This document shows positions 17,148 to 27,587 of a stretch of DNA of 36,577 nt, in pieces. The position numbers and the translations under genes are program-made. This DNA comes from a virus (taxonomy: Duplodnaviria > Caudoviricetes): positions 1-36,577 of IMG/VR virus record IMGVR_UViG_3300032237_000427. The stretch is one strand, 5' to 3'. Position 1 is the stretch's first letter; each line of letters opens with the position of its first letter. The notes under the pieces were generated by a model, which did not search any database, was not told the DNA's origin, and worked only from the letters and a program-made list of their open reading frames with translations.

Positions 17148-20100
17148 TTGTCAGTCCCTTCAACCCATGTCATCTTATCCGAATCAAGCCAACGATCATA
17201 GAAATCAGCAAACAAAGCATTAGACCTCAACTGTGACACATAAGCATCCCGAACTGCCTTTAAGTCGCGTGCTTCAGCAGAATCAATAGTCATTGGATAA
17301 GCATTAATCTGATCAAAATTAGGATTGGCAACACCGCGAGCCTGCAATTTAGCAATCGTCCTATTCCGCAACTCGGAAACAATTTGGTCACGCATAGTGA
17401 AATACGCGCGAACAAATTTCATATGATTGTAATTCTGGGTATCCTTTACAACAGCAGGATTGAAAGAAACCTTGTAGGCGGCAAGAATATTTTTCTCCCA
17501 CGCCTTAGATTCCAAAGTAGATTTCTCAGCACCCCAAACTGGATACATGCGTTTTAACTTTTCAACAAGAGTTGCCTTACCAAGTGCAAGACCAGGATTC
17601 TGTTGGACAGAAGTCAAACCCTGCGACTTCAAAATAGCATCAACCGCATCATTCAAACGGTGATACTGCAACCAACCAATAGCCCGCTGCGAATCCTCCA
17701 ATGCCCCCTGTGGAGTTTTCTTTTCAACAAACTTAGGCTGATTACGCTTCCACAAGTTAGAAGCAGCATCAAACTGCCCAACCTTAACCGTATCCGTAAC
17801 CATAGATACAAACTTAGGATCAATATTGACAACATCATCAACCAATGAACTGTGCTTCTTGGCAAGGAAAACACTCAACTTAGTTGAATCCATGCCAGAA
17901 GTATTGGAACTCAACGATGCATTAATGAACCACAAATCAGGGTGTTCCTCAATAAACTTTCCAAAACCCTGCTGGTTACCAGACTTGTCTTGATATTCAC
18001 GCAACATATTTATGTACGGTTGCAACTCGGTTTGATACTTAGGAACCACAGGCAAACCAAGATTAGCGGCAGCTCGAATGAACATAAACATGGTTGCTTC
18101 GCGCTCGGCTTGCGCATACATTTTAGGCAACGCTTCAGACAAACTCGTATTAGCGTTTGCGGGGTCATTCAAGAAACTACGCATCTTAGTCATGGCAATC
18201 AGGAGTGCTGTTTGACCAAAACGATATGAGTCATCTCCACTTGCGGCAGCAGTTATGTTACGCGCCCAAGCTGGAAGCAAAGCATTGACAATAGAACCTC
18301 GTAATGTTCCTTCACGCGGTAATTGGTCATCGGGAACCAACTTGCTCAAAATTGAACGCACTGGCAAAACAATGCCAAGTTTGTCATACAACTCTTGGTC
18401 AATGCTTGGATTATTTACAATCCAACGACCCAAAGGAATCTGAACCGCAGGCCCAATACCAAACACCTGCGTAATCTGGGTCGTAATATCGTCGCCACGC
18501 AAACCAGGGAAAATAAGATTAAAACCAGTTTTAGGGAATGCCCACTTGTTGTAGGTTCGCAAAGCATCAGCCATAGCAGGTGAAACATGGTCAATAACAT
18601 TCGCTACAGCAGCGGGAAACTGGAAAGTCAAATACTTTTCCCCAGTTTGAGGATCAGTTTCAGGTGTACCCAACTTGTCAAGATTACGCCAAATCTGTTG
18701 CAAATACCCCAAAGATTCAGGATTCTGGTAAAGCAACTTGCCCCACACAGAAAGCGAATTCAACTGCGCTTGAACGAACGGAGAAATAGCCTTCGCTACA
18801 CGAGTTGAACCAATCTTCTTTTCCCGCATAATCGTGTACAAAGTTTTACGAGTTTCCTTAACAGCCAACGCCCGCGCATCATTTACCATGCGATCCATAA
18901 TGTCCTGCGTCATCACGCCACCTTGCGCATCCCAATTAGCAATCTGCTCACGCATATGCTTCATATACACAAGTCGAGCAAACGGGTGACGAACCATTGC
19001 ATCTTCAGGCATGGAACCCAAAATCTCAAAAAGGCGCTGCACCTTACGGGAATAAAAATTGCCTAACGCAGTCAATATTCCTTCGCCACGACGAATCTCA
19101 CCAAACTTTGCTGTTTCCAAACCATGCACCGGACGCAAATGCGGATTATCAAACAAATCACGCCGCAACTCAGAAGCAAGAATACGCTTCTTATCGGCAG
19201 CAAAACGAACCAGCAAATCCTGTTTTTCGCCACTGGCCGACATGAGTTGCTCAAGACGATCTGTAGCAACCGTCAACGGTGTGACTTCAGGGTCATATTC
19301 GCCAATGGATTTTAGGCGCTCAACATAGGAGCGACCTTCGGCTGATTCCAAAAACTTTACGCCACGCGAAACCGATTCCAACACTTGTGAATCAAAATCG
19401 TTAGGTGTTTTATAGGCTTCTAACATGCGCTCGGCTAGCGTATCGTTGCGCAATTCATGCACAAACTTTTCCAAGTGCGTAAAGTATTCAGGCGAACCCT
19501 TGATTTCGTCAGCAGTCAAACCACGAACATTAGGTGGATTGAAAACCTTTGCCTTTGCACCAAGTCGTTCCCCTGCGTCAAGGGAAAGAACGGATTGCAA
19601 ATTCATGTCCACATTGGAACGAGTTGTGGAGGAAACCAAATCGCGCAACAATTGACCAGAAGTATCAGAAAAAGCATCCGGAACCAAATGCGAACCAACA
19701 GCAAACTCGCCAGTTCCACCCTTAACACGATTCAACTTAGAACCAGGCGTGTTCAAAGTATCATTGAATTGACGGAACATTTCCGCTAGACGGTCAACCT
19801 TTTCTTGCTGACCAGTAATAACAGCATCAACATAAGTGCTGGTTGATTCGCGGAGTTCTTTTGCTAGGCGGCGAACATCAGCGCGTGCAGCAGTCAACGA
19901 TTCTGCAACATCTTCACCTGTTGCGGAACGAGTCTTCAACTCTTTAGCAATACGCTGCGCATCACGCAATTCACTTTCCAAAGACTTCAAATGCGCATCA
20001 GCAACAATCCCATGACCCTCACGCATCATGTTCAACTGTTCGCGCTGCACCGCAAGAGACTTCTCCAAATGAGAACCCCAAGTACGAACATTTCCCCACA

Positions 20101-22804
20101 AATACGCAGGAGCCTTTGGAACATTAATACCCTGCTGGTCGAGTTCCTTCCACTGTTGAACAACCTCAACCTTCTGCTGCCAACGCGCCCAACGATTCTG
20201 CGCCCACGCCTTAGTGCCCTCCTGCATAAACGGAGCCATAGCAACAATTTGGTGACCAAAATACGCAATGCTACGCAACCAACCTTCAGCCACATTTCGC
20301 TGCGTATAACCCAAACGCAACAAAGTTGCAGGCCGCCAAATACGATCAAAAACTGTATACAGACCAGTAATCGAACTCTTTAACGCATCATTACCGGCAA
20401 GAGCCAATGATTGAATCATAGAAATTTCGTTAACCATTTGCTCATGCGAAGCAGCATTAAACGCTTCATGCAAAACTTCCATATTCAACATTGGGTGCGA
20501 ATATGCGAGCTGGGAGTCAAGTACTGGCATCATGACGACTTTGCCTTCGTCGTCTACCCAATATCCGGGGCGACCTTTTTCAGTGTCGCGTGATTGCAGG
20601 ATTGCTTGGATTTGTTTTGCGCGCTTGCTGCGGTATTTGTTCCACAGTTCATCAGCAACTACTTGTGGATTGCCTAATTCATCTGTAGTACCAAGTGGTG
20701 TTAGCCAATCAGGATTCTTGGCTGCAGCAGTATCCAAAAATGCTTGACGCTCAGCATCCAAAAGAATCCGACTACGCAAATCGCCAATATACGACTGCTT
20801 GCCATGCTCACTCTGACCCGCAGTAATGTAATCATTCAATAACTTTTGTTTCAACTCAGGTTTAGCATCCCAAGTCTTAACCGAATTAAGCCAAGATGCT
20901 AACTCGTTAACACCATCTTCGCTACCCATACCATGCAAAACAACCCAGCCACGCGGAACCTCACGACCAGCAGCCTCGCCAGCCCACTGCAAAACCACAA
21001 CAGGACGCGCAAGATTGTGGAATTGGTAAGTACGAGAACGCCACGAAGACTGCGCTGCATCAATTGACTTACCCAATTCCAGTGCAACACCAGACGCACT
21101 CTTACCAATACGGGCAGACTCAATCAACGCAGGCAATTCATCAAGTTTAGAAGCAACCTTAGTAGCGACTTCACCCAACGGCCCCGGAAGGAACTTTGCT
21201 GCACTATTTAACGGATCAGTAATAGCATCAGCGCGAGCAAACTGGCGACGCAATCTTGCACCAGGGTTGCCTGCCTCGCCAATGGCTTCACGCAAAAATC
21301 CGTCATAGAGAACTAGGTCGTCAACTTCTTTACTAATTCGGTCACGAATGGCTTGCGTTTCGGCAACATATTCAGCCATGTCGCCACCAGTTTTTTCAAT
21401 CGAATCTAAATGCAACTGCATGTGTGACAAGTCACCGTTAGCGCGGCGCAACATTTCATGCACCACAGTTGCCTTGTCATACAACCGTTGGTAGGCGTTC
21501 ACATCACCTGTCAGCGCACGAATAGCATCAATTGTGACAGTTTTATCACCAAGTTTTGCTGCCGCATCAATAATGGATGAAGCAGTTGCAGCATTAGTAC
21601 CGAACTCACGAATCGTGTAATTGCGCATGATTTCTAGCGGCTCGTAACCTAAATCATGCACAGCGTCAACAAGTGTTTGCGCACCCGCTGAAGCCGGTGG
21701 CATATAAGTGGAACGCACATCAGCTAAACGCTGTTGCGCTTTTTCTGAATCCTGAATGATTGTTTTGCGCTGTTCGTCAAGAAGTTTCCACTGGTCATGC
21801 AAATCAGTAATCTGCTTTTCATACGAAGCGGAATTAATGCCAAGCATCGGGTCAGCGGAAGCTGCTTCCATAGCCTGCTTAATTTCAAGTTGCTTTTGCA
21901 CTGTGTCAGCGATAGCAACATCATGGTCACGCACACGCTGCGCAGCAGCATTAACTTCCTGTAAAGCAACATCGCGCTGGGTTGCGCCTGCTTCAAATGC
22001 TGCGCGTTGTTCGGCGGTACGGAAAATGCCTTTTTCTACATCAACAATAGGGTTGGTGACTGCAAGTTTTGCAACCTTAAAGACTTTGCCACCCAGAACT
22101 GTTGGGTCAAGAAAAATATTATTTGCAAAATCGCCCGCTCCTGTAGCCCATTTTAATACAGGATTAGTTTTGTATTTTTGGCGTTCGGCTTCAGAAAACA
22201 CATCATTGACCATGAAACTGTCAGGAGTAACCATGCCAAGTACTTGCTTAACACCAGGAATGTTTTGGAAGACATACATGCCAGCTTGGGCAGGAGTAAG
22301 TGGATTTTGCTGGCTGCGATCAGAAACTTCCCATGCCCGATTCCACACATTGATTGGGTTGTAGAAATCTCCTCTTTGTAAAGCATTGAGTTCGGTTCCA
22401 ACTGTTGCAGATAGGCTTGTTTCAATCTGTGACCACGGCTTCCATACATGTTCGTCATACCAAGATGCAGCCTTAAGAGTTTGCTGACCAACTTGTGCCG
22501 CAAGTTGTGAACCCATAACTTCTGGTGAAACACCCATTTGCACTGACTGTTGTGGCAAACCCAAAGAAGCAACACCAGTACCAACACCTGTTGCAGTTTG
22601 ACCTAAAAAAGTTCCAACCCTTTTAGTGACACCCGAAACAATTGAACCAACAAAATCCCCAATGGACTGCTGGGGAACATTAGCCGGCCCACCGGGGCGA
22701 CCCTGAAAAACCATAGGTGGTGTCGGGGGTGACACAACCGGGGGTTTTACTGGGGGATTCGTGTATTCGCTTGCCGTGCGACCACGGCGTTCTTGGTCAG
22801 CCAT
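17144..22804 (-). CDS. Large internal virion (DNA ejection) protein, 1886 aa
   Basis: Very long helical ORF between portal and capsid; W...TLLRLGY..RN and PED..VRHPF segments. Confidence 0.65.
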   Translation of the reverse strand: MADQERRGRTASEYTNPPVKPPVVSPPTPPMVFQGRPGGPANVPQQSIGDFVGSIVSGVTKRVGTFLGQTATGVGTGVASLGLPQQSVQMGVSPEVMGSQLAAQVGQQTLKAASWYDEHVWKPWSQIETSLSATVGTELNALQRGDFYNPINVWNRAWEVSDRSQQNPLTPAQAGMYVFQNIPGVKQVLGMVTPDSFMVNDVFSEAERQKYKTNPVLKWATGAGDFANNIFLDPTVLGGKVFKVAKLAVTNPIVDVEKGIFRTAEQRAAFEAGATQRDVALQEVNAAAQRVRDHDVAIADTVQKQLEIKQAMEAASADPMLGINSASYEKQITDLHDQWKLLDEQRKTIIQDSEKAQQRLADVRSTYMPPASAGAQTLVDAVHDLGYEPLEIMRNYTIREFGTNAATASSIIDAAAKLGDKTVTIDAIRALTGDVNAYQRLYDKATVVHEMLRRANGDLSHMQLHLDSIEKTGGDMAEYVAETQAIRDRISKEVDDLVLYDGFLREAIGEAGNPGARLRRQFARADAITDPLNSAAKFLPGPLGEVATKVASKLDELPALIESARIGKSASGVALELGKSIDAAQSSWRSRTYQFHNLARPVVVLQWAGEAAGREVPRGWVVLHGMGSEDGVNELASWLNSVKTWDAKPELKQKLLNDYITAGQSEHGKQSYIGDLRSRILLDAERQAFLDTAAAKNPDWLTPLGTTDELGNPQVVADELWNKYRSKRAKQIQAILQSRDTEKGRPGYWVDDEGKVVMMPVLDSQLAYSHPMLNMEVLHEAFNAASHEQMVNEISMIQSLALAGNDALKSSITGLYTVFDRIWRPATLLRLGYTQRNVAEGWLRSIAYFGHQIVAMAPFMQEGTKAWAQNRWARWQQKVEVVQQWKELDQQGINVPKAPAYLWGNVRTWGSHLEKSLAVQREQLNMMREGHGIVADAHLKSLESELRDAQRIAKELKTRSATGEDVAESLTAARADVRRLAKELRESTSTYVDAVITGQQEKVDRLAEMFRQFNDTLNTPGSKLNRVKGGTGEFAVGSHLVPDAFSDTSGQLLRDLVSSTTRSNVDMNLQSVLSLDAGERLGAKAKVFNPPNVRGLTADEIKGSPEYFTHLEKFVHELRNDTLAERMLEAYKTPNDFDSQVLESVSRGVKFLESAEGRSYVERLKSIGEYDPEVTPLTVATDRLEQLMSASGEKQDLLVRFAADKKRILASELRRDLFDNPHLRPVHGLETAKFGEIRRGEGILTALGNFYSRKVQRLFEILGSMPEDAMVRHPFARLVYMKHMREQIANWDAQGGVMTQDIMDRMVNDARALAVKETRKTLYTIMREKKIGSTRVAKAISPFVQAQLNSLSVWGKLLYQNPESLGYLQQIWRNLDKLGTPETDPQTGEKYLTFQFPAAVANVIDHVSPAMADALRTYNKWAFPKTGFNLIFPGLRGDDITTQITQVFGIGPAVQIPLGRWIVNNPSIDQELYDKLGIVLPVRSILSKLVPDDQLPREGTLRGSIVNALLPAWARNITAAASGDDSYRFGQTALLIAMTKMRSFLNDPANANTSLSEALPKMYAQAEREATMFMFIRAAANLGLPVVPKYQTELQPYINMLREYQDKSGNQQGFGKFIEEHPDLWFINASLSSNTSGMDSTKLSVFLAKKHSSLVDDVVNIDPKFVSMVTDTVKVGQFDAASNLWKRNQPKFVEKKTPQGALEDSQRAIGWLQYHRLNDAVDAILKSQGLTSVQQNPGLALGKATLVEKLKRMYPVWGAEKSTLESKAWEKNILAAYKVSFNPAVVKDTQNYNHMKFVRAYFTMRDQIVSELRNRTIAKLQARGVANPNFDQINAYPMTIDSAEARDLKAVRDAYVSQLRSNALFADFYDRWLDSDKMTWVEGTDK

Positions 22805-22943
22805 TTACTGGCCTGCCAAACATTGAAGCCAAATCCACATGCTGTGAATCAGCCATAGGGATTCCTGACAAATGCCACGCCATCGGCGACATATCAAAAC
22901 CTAGCGCCTTCAAATAGTTAGCGAAAATTTCAATACGAGTCAC
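22797..22943 (-). CDS. 48-aa hypothetical protein (absent from ORF track)
   Basis: GTGA coupling; MTRIEIFANYLKALGFDMSPMAWHLSGIP...; fills the gap between two genes. Confidence 0.6.
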   Translation of the reverse strand: MTRIEIFANYLKALGFDMSPMAWHLSGIPMADSQHVDLASMFGRPVNG

Positions 22944-23347
22944 TGCGTCCTCAACCATGACACGAAGGAAGCAAACTGTTCTGGAACATTCTGATAGCGC
23001 AAAGCATTCTCAAAATAAGGTAAATAGGTTGCCTTCATGGTTTGAACATCCGACGAAGCAGTAGTAGACGGCATTCCGGTAGTGATTGGTTCAGATGGAC
23101 GCTGCGTAGGTGCAGTCAACGGCACAACCGGCAAAGGTGTCCCAGAAGCCATAGGAGCCGTCTGGGGCGTGTTTGCGGTTGGGGTTGGGGATTCCGTACC
23201 CGCCATAGGAACAGCCCTCTGTGCGTCCTTTAAAGCCTTATTGTCGCCATACGGCATACCAGTAGGGGCAGAAACAGGCAACGGCTTACCCGCTTGCAAA
23301 TCCGTTCGATTCGCATACCCCTTAGCCCGACCCCTAGGCACCGCCAA
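22940..23347 (-). CDS. Pro-rich hypothetical virion protein
   Basis: GMPYG..KAL...Q and APTQRP.EPIT.G; directly after the portal gene. Confidence 0.7.
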   Translation of the reverse strand: MAVPRGRAKGYANRTDLQAGKPLPVSAPTGMPYGDNKALKDAQRAVPMAGTESPTPTANTPQTAPMASGTPLPVVPLTAPTQRPSEPITTGMPSTTASSDVQTMKATYLPYFENALRYQNVPEQFASFVSWLRTQ

Positions 23348-25124
23348 CCCCCAACTGGCTCAACAAATCCTGCATAGACGGCTGACCTGGAGCAGCAGGT
23401 GACTGTGCCGGAAGCGTACCCGGCTGCTCGGCACCCATCTGCGGTTGCGCAAGACCAGGCATAGTTTCAGGCGCACCAACCGGAGCCGGAGTAGCCTGAC
23501 GCTCCTGCGCCTGCTTATGCACCGCATCCACAGCCTCCGCAAGCGGCAACTTATCCGTCACCACAAGTTGCATAATTCGCGCAAGATCATTCGGAGGAAT
23601 CTGCCCCTGCTGCGCCTGCTGCTGCACACTCAGTAGTAAGGCTTGTTCCAGCGACTCAGCAACCACACGGTCATGCTCAAGTTCTGGGTCTGCCACAAGC
23701 GGGTCAATTTCCTGCGCTGACCGCTTTGAAAGCGTGCCCAAACCAACTCTTTGACCAAGCCCAACAACCAGCGAATTAGCATCCGATCCTGCATAAGAGT
23801 AGGTGACAACATTGTCGTCAGTTTCAAAGTCTTTATTTGGAACATAATCCACATGTCCCTGTGCGCCACGGAATGATACATAGAACGAGCGTCGTTCTTC
23901 ACCAAAATAGGACTTAGCGATAGCAATTGCCCGCTTATTTTCCTCAACCAGTGACTCACCAAGTAACTCTTGCGCCTCTTGAACAGGGAAATCAACCACA
24001 GCGGAAAGAATTGCGTCGCCACGCTTACCTGTACGAATGTTCGAATTGGATTCGCCACCGAATTCGGCAGGAATACCACTGGTGATACGCATGTTGCGCT
24101 CAAGACGGTCAATGGTGGCAGTCGGCCCCATGCCCTGCTGTAAGCCAGCTTCACGCAAATCTCCACCGGCAATGACATTGACCATGCCTGTGCGTCCGTC
24201 GTATGGCCCTGACACGAATTTGGCGGTTTCGCCGGGGCGTGAAACAAGATAAGTGTCGGGGAAGATGCCGCGTTCAACGGCAATGACTTCTAGTGCCATG
24301 AGTTTTGCCTGCATTTGGTACATGCCGACAAGCCCATCAAACTGTCCCTGTTGACGGTCAAGGGTGATACGACCCGGAACAACAGCCGGACACAAACCAG
24401 TACGGTTCGGGATGCGTTCCAATTCAACATAACGCATAGATGACTGTCCCGGAATGACACTTGGGGTGACTGGGTTCACTTCAACCGCAGCCAACACCCA
24501 ACAGTCAGCATCAACATATTCCACAATGTCATACATGGTTTGCGCTGAAGGTTCCTCACCATTAGCCCAAAACTTGTAGGCACTATTCGGGTAGTTTGCC
24601 TTCATCCACTTGTAAGACCTACCGAATGAGAAAATGCAATCGGTAGGGGTGATGTTGTCAATGTCTTCCGACATCGCTGGGTATGCGGTCAGTGGGGAAC
24701 GAACCTCCCACTTAGCGATACCACGCTTCGGGTCAGGACGCAAAACAACCGGCGACGACGCATACCCAATCATGAACCGGGCACGGCGACGCAACTTCAA
24801 ATTCATTTTGTTGGCATCCCACCAACCAAGCGTTGCGCGACGACGAGTAGCAGCCCTACGCTCAGAAGCCCTATCACCCGGCTTCAACGGTGGAAAAAAC
24901 ACATTCGGAGTAGTAGACGCAATACGCATCGCAGTCTGGTCAAGACCAGTAGAAATCAGGTTCGCCACCGAAGAACGCTCATTGCGATCCATTTCCGGCA
25001 GCGGAACAATAATGTCCCCGTTGTAGGCATCCCGAAGTTTCATCATCTGATTCAGCACCGGGCCGTATGTTGTACGGCGCTCGGAAAGCATCGTCAGAAT
25101 GGACTCAATGCTAGGGCCAGTCAC
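23334..25124 (-). CDS. Portal protein
   Basis: 596 aa following terminase; VANLI..GLDQ.A.RI and NIRTGKRG; Q/P-rich tail. Confidence 0.85.
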   Translation of the reverse strand: MTGPSIESILTMLSERRTTYGPVLNQMMKLRDAYNGDIIVPLPEMDRNERSSVANLISTGLDQTAMRIASTTPNVFFPPLKPGDRASERRAATRRRATLGWWDANKMNLKLRRRARFMIGYASSPVVLRPDPKRGIAKWEVRSPLTAYPAMSEDIDNITPTDCIFSFGRSYKWMKANYPNSAYKFWANGEEPSAQTMYDIVEYVDADCWVLAAVEVNPVTPSVIPGQSSMRYVELERIPNRTGLCPAVVPGRITLDRQQGQFDGLVGMYQMQAKLMALEVIAVERGIFPDTYLVSRPGETAKFVSGPYDGRTGMVNVIAGGDLREAGLQQGMGPTATIDRLERNMRITSGIPAEFGGESNSNIRTGKRGDAILSAVVDFPVQEAQELLGESLVEENKRAIAIAKSYFGEERRSFYVSFRGAQGHVDYVPNKDFETDDNVVTYSYAGSDANSLVVGLGQRVGLGTLSKRSAQEIDPLVADPELEHDRVVAESLEQALLLSVQQQAQQGQIPPNDLARIMQLVVTDKLPLAEAVDAVHKQAQERQATPAPVGAPETMPGLAQPQMGAEQPGTLPAQSPAAPGQPSMQDLLSQLGVGGA

Positions 25125-25324
25125 GAAGCGAACTCCCTGAAAAGTTTCGATTGCACAACCTCAAGGATACCAACGAGTTGCGTCACCTCAATAGTACCAG
25201 CACGATCCATCACAATACGCATTTTTCCGTTGCTGTCCATGCCAACCATGAGTCGCATCCCAAACACTGGGAATAAGTGTTCGCTTTCCGCAATGTCTTG
25301 AAACGCTTCCCATTCAGTCACCAT
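25121..25324 (-). CDS. Hypothetical protein
   Basis: Overlaps both the terL stop and the portal start; GGGAG RBS. Confidence 0.65.
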   Translation of the reverse strand: MVTEWEAFQDIAESEHLFPVFGMRLMVGMDSNGKMRIVMDRAGTIEVTQLVGILEVVQSKLFREFAS

Positions 25325-27162
25325 CGGCTCCCTTCAAGCCATGAAGGTCTTTTGAATTGTGGAGGGTTCTTTGGTGACACAGCAAACAGTTTAGGCGCAT
25401 TCCACGCTAGGAACCAGTGCGCCATGACACAGTCATCAGTTTTACCTTCCGGCCAAGTACCAAGTTCGTGTACCAGTGGTTCCATTTTCTTTTTAGAACC
25501 ATCAGCCACACTACCCGGTAGGCGAACTCGACCATAGAAATACTCTGGCGCAATAGTTTGAACACCATAATCCGGGTCAAGTTTGTTCCGGTTAGTTGAG
25601 TGGGGAATGATTTGCACTGACCGCTCGGCACGCCAACGCTGCACATGGTCATACTGCAAAAGAAACCGTTGCGCTGCGTTCTGTTCCACAATCACATGCG
25701 TGATAGGGCGCTTCTGCTCATATGACCACCACCACCAGTCCTCCAGTAGTCCAGAGAACTCTTGGCTTGTGTGATGCCAGTCCAAAAAGTCAGGTGCCTC
25801 CATCGGCTCACGGTGCATATCCACCAAATACTGCATTTTGGATTCAGGGGAATACAACCACCACTGCACCGACCAAAACTTACTAGGGGACGGGTCAGCC
25901 GTCACTACCGAAAACCATTCCCCCGCTAACCCTTTAGGCACAACCCCCGCCATACGGTCATCATCCCAACACCCAGGAATCAACTCCCCGGACGCATTCT
26001 TGCCCCCATCAATCCACAAACGCGGCACAAGCTGGTTAGCAGGGTCAACATCTTCCTGCTGATACATGACCAAAAACCTGTCTTCACGGTTAGCCCTGAT
26101 GCGTTGAAGTTCACGCCACGGCAACCGCCACGGGTCAAGCAAACACGACTGCGGCCACGCTTTTAACTTCTCGCCCTTTTTGTGGCCTTTACAGTTTTCC
26201 TCATAATGCGCCCGGTACAAAAAATGCGAATATTTTTTTGCGGGGGGTGCATCATCATCCTCATCCGCATCCACCAAATCCAGCGCATAGCGGTACAAGT
26301 CGTCGGCAGCCATACGCTGCCCCTGCAAGATTAGAAGCCCACCCGGCTCGACACGGGTTTCAGCTTCCTGCTCCCACCACTGTTGTAACGAATCCTGATC
26401 CCCACGAAGAGTCTTCTTATCAACAAGGTCATCCCAAATAACCAAATCGAAACGACCACCAAGAAAACCAGAATCCATACCATAACTAGAAAAAGTAGAC
26501 TCCTTGTCCTCAACCGCAGTGCCGTCCGTCTGCTGGAGAACAAACTCCTCAGCCCGCCACAAATCATTATTGACAGGTTTAAACACCCCAAAATCGTCCT
26601 TCAATGTGGCAACCGCATCCTGCGCCAACCCCAACTCAACAAGCCTAGGGTCAGCCTTAACCGGCACCTCACGCTCAAAAGTCCTACGACAACGCCCCGT
26701 ATACATTCTCGCCTGACGCTCAGTACGCGACCCCAACAAAATACGAATCTTCCTATCACGCACCGCCAACCACACCGGCAAATCGTGCGTAAAAAAAGTA
26801 GACTTACCAGAACCCGGAGGAGCATTAACAACCACAAACTCCTTACGCTCCGACCTAAGAAGTTCACTAATCCTATCCGCAGCCTCCACCTGCCACGGCA
26901 CCACAGCACGAGCCAAATACCTCACCCGAAAAAGCGCAAAATCCTCCAACGCCCGCTGCGCATCCCCCTGCGGAACAACAACCCTCCCCTCACCACGCCC
27001 AGCCAACAACTTAGACAACCTAGACTGCGAATCACGCAACTGCCTAAACACCGTCTGCGGCGACACCCCAACCTGCTTAGCCGCACGCTCAACCGAAAAA
27101 CCCTCATCACGCAAACCAATAAACCTACGCCACACATCATCAGACACACGCAAACCAGGCAC
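25318..27162 (-). CDS. terL: Terminase large subunit with N-terminal HTH
   Basis: Walker A APPGSGKST, Walker B LVIWDDL, nuclease ADPS and DDCVMA.W; N-terminal GFSVERAAKQVGVSPQTV. Confidence 0.93.
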   Translation of the reverse strand: MPGLRVSDDVWRRFIGLRDEGFSVERAAKQVGVSPQTVFRQLRDSQSRLSKLLAGRGEGRVVVPQGDAQRALEDFALFRVRYLARAVVPWQVEAADRISELLRSERKEFVVVNAPPGSGKSTFFTHDLPVWLAVRDRKIRILLGSRTERQARMYTGRCRRTFEREVPVKADPRLVELGLAQDAVATLKDDFGVFKPVNNDLWRAEEFVLQQTDGTAVEDKESTFSSYGMDSGFLGGRFDLVIWDDLVDKKTLRGDQDSLQQWWEQEAETRVEPGGLLILQGQRMAADDLYRYALDLVDADEDDDAPPAKKYSHFLYRAHYEENCKGHKKGEKLKAWPQSCLLDPWRLPWRELQRIRANREDRFLVMYQQEDVDPANQLVPRLWIDGGKNASGELIPGCWDDDRMAGVVPKGLAGEWFSVVTADPSPSKFWSVQWWLYSPESKMQYLVDMHREPMEAPDFLDWHHTSQEFSGLLEDWWWWSYEQKRPITHVIVEQNAAQRFLLQYDHVQRWRAERSVQIIPHSTNRNKLDPDYGVQTIAPEYFYGRVRLPGSVADGSKKKMEPLVHELGTWPEGKTDDCVMAHWFLAWNAPKLFAVSPKNPPQFKRPSWLEGSRW

Positions 27163-27168
27163 AAGACA

Positions 27169-27178
27169 AACCTACACC
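27169..27178 (-). promoter_or_regulatory. -10 element for a leaderless terL transcript
   Basis: TAGGTT 6 nt upstream of the GTG start; no SD. Confidence 0.5.
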
Positions 27179-27250
27179 AAATGGCACAAGAATCGGGAGA
27201 CACTAGTACATACTTCACCGGGGGGCGGGTTGAGGCACATGCCCGGTTGG

Positions 27251-27266
27251 CCGAACACTTGTTCGA
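27251..27266. promoter_or_regulatory. Actinobacterial LexA (SOS) box
   Basis: CCGAAC-ACTT-GTTCGA versus consensus TCGAAC-N4-GTTCGA (one mismatch), intergenic. Confidence 0.6.
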
Positions 27267-27486
27267 TTCCCTGGTATTAGTCGTACATACATACGAATGC
27301 TCGGGAATGGGGCCAGATAGTGTCAGAATGCGCTAGGAAAGGGACAGGTAGATCACTACCTATCTGCGGTGCTGGTGGCTTAGCGTGGCTTCCAGGGGCA
27401 TTATCGGGGGAGTATGGGATAGGGTGTCGCGTTGGTTGTGTTTCGGGTTGGTGTTGTGGGTGTGCGTGAGAGTGTTGGGGTATGAA

Positions 27487-27529
27487 AGAACCCCCGCCGC
27501 CGGTGTGTGGTGTCCGGGTGCGGGGGTTC
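27487..27529 (-). terminator. Hairpin terminator closing the small-gene cassette
   Basis: 11-bp stem AGAACCCCCGC/GCGGGGGTTCT with a short U-rich tail on minus. Confidence 0.6.
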
Positions 27530-27587
27530 TGTGGTGTGTGTTGGTGTCCGGTGTGTGTTTCCTCTCCTAGTAGGGCGGTGTTATGCG

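Noticed and set aside
22915-22943. Possible frameshift at AAATTTT in the small ORF before the large virion gene
   Set aside because: On recounting, the ORF is continuous from GTG 22943 to TGA 22797.
3049-27336. Long plus-strand ORFs (e.g. 3049-3651, 10862-11689, 15397-16038, 26785-27336)
   Set aside because: Antisense shadows of well-supported minus-strand genes, with no motifs or RBS.
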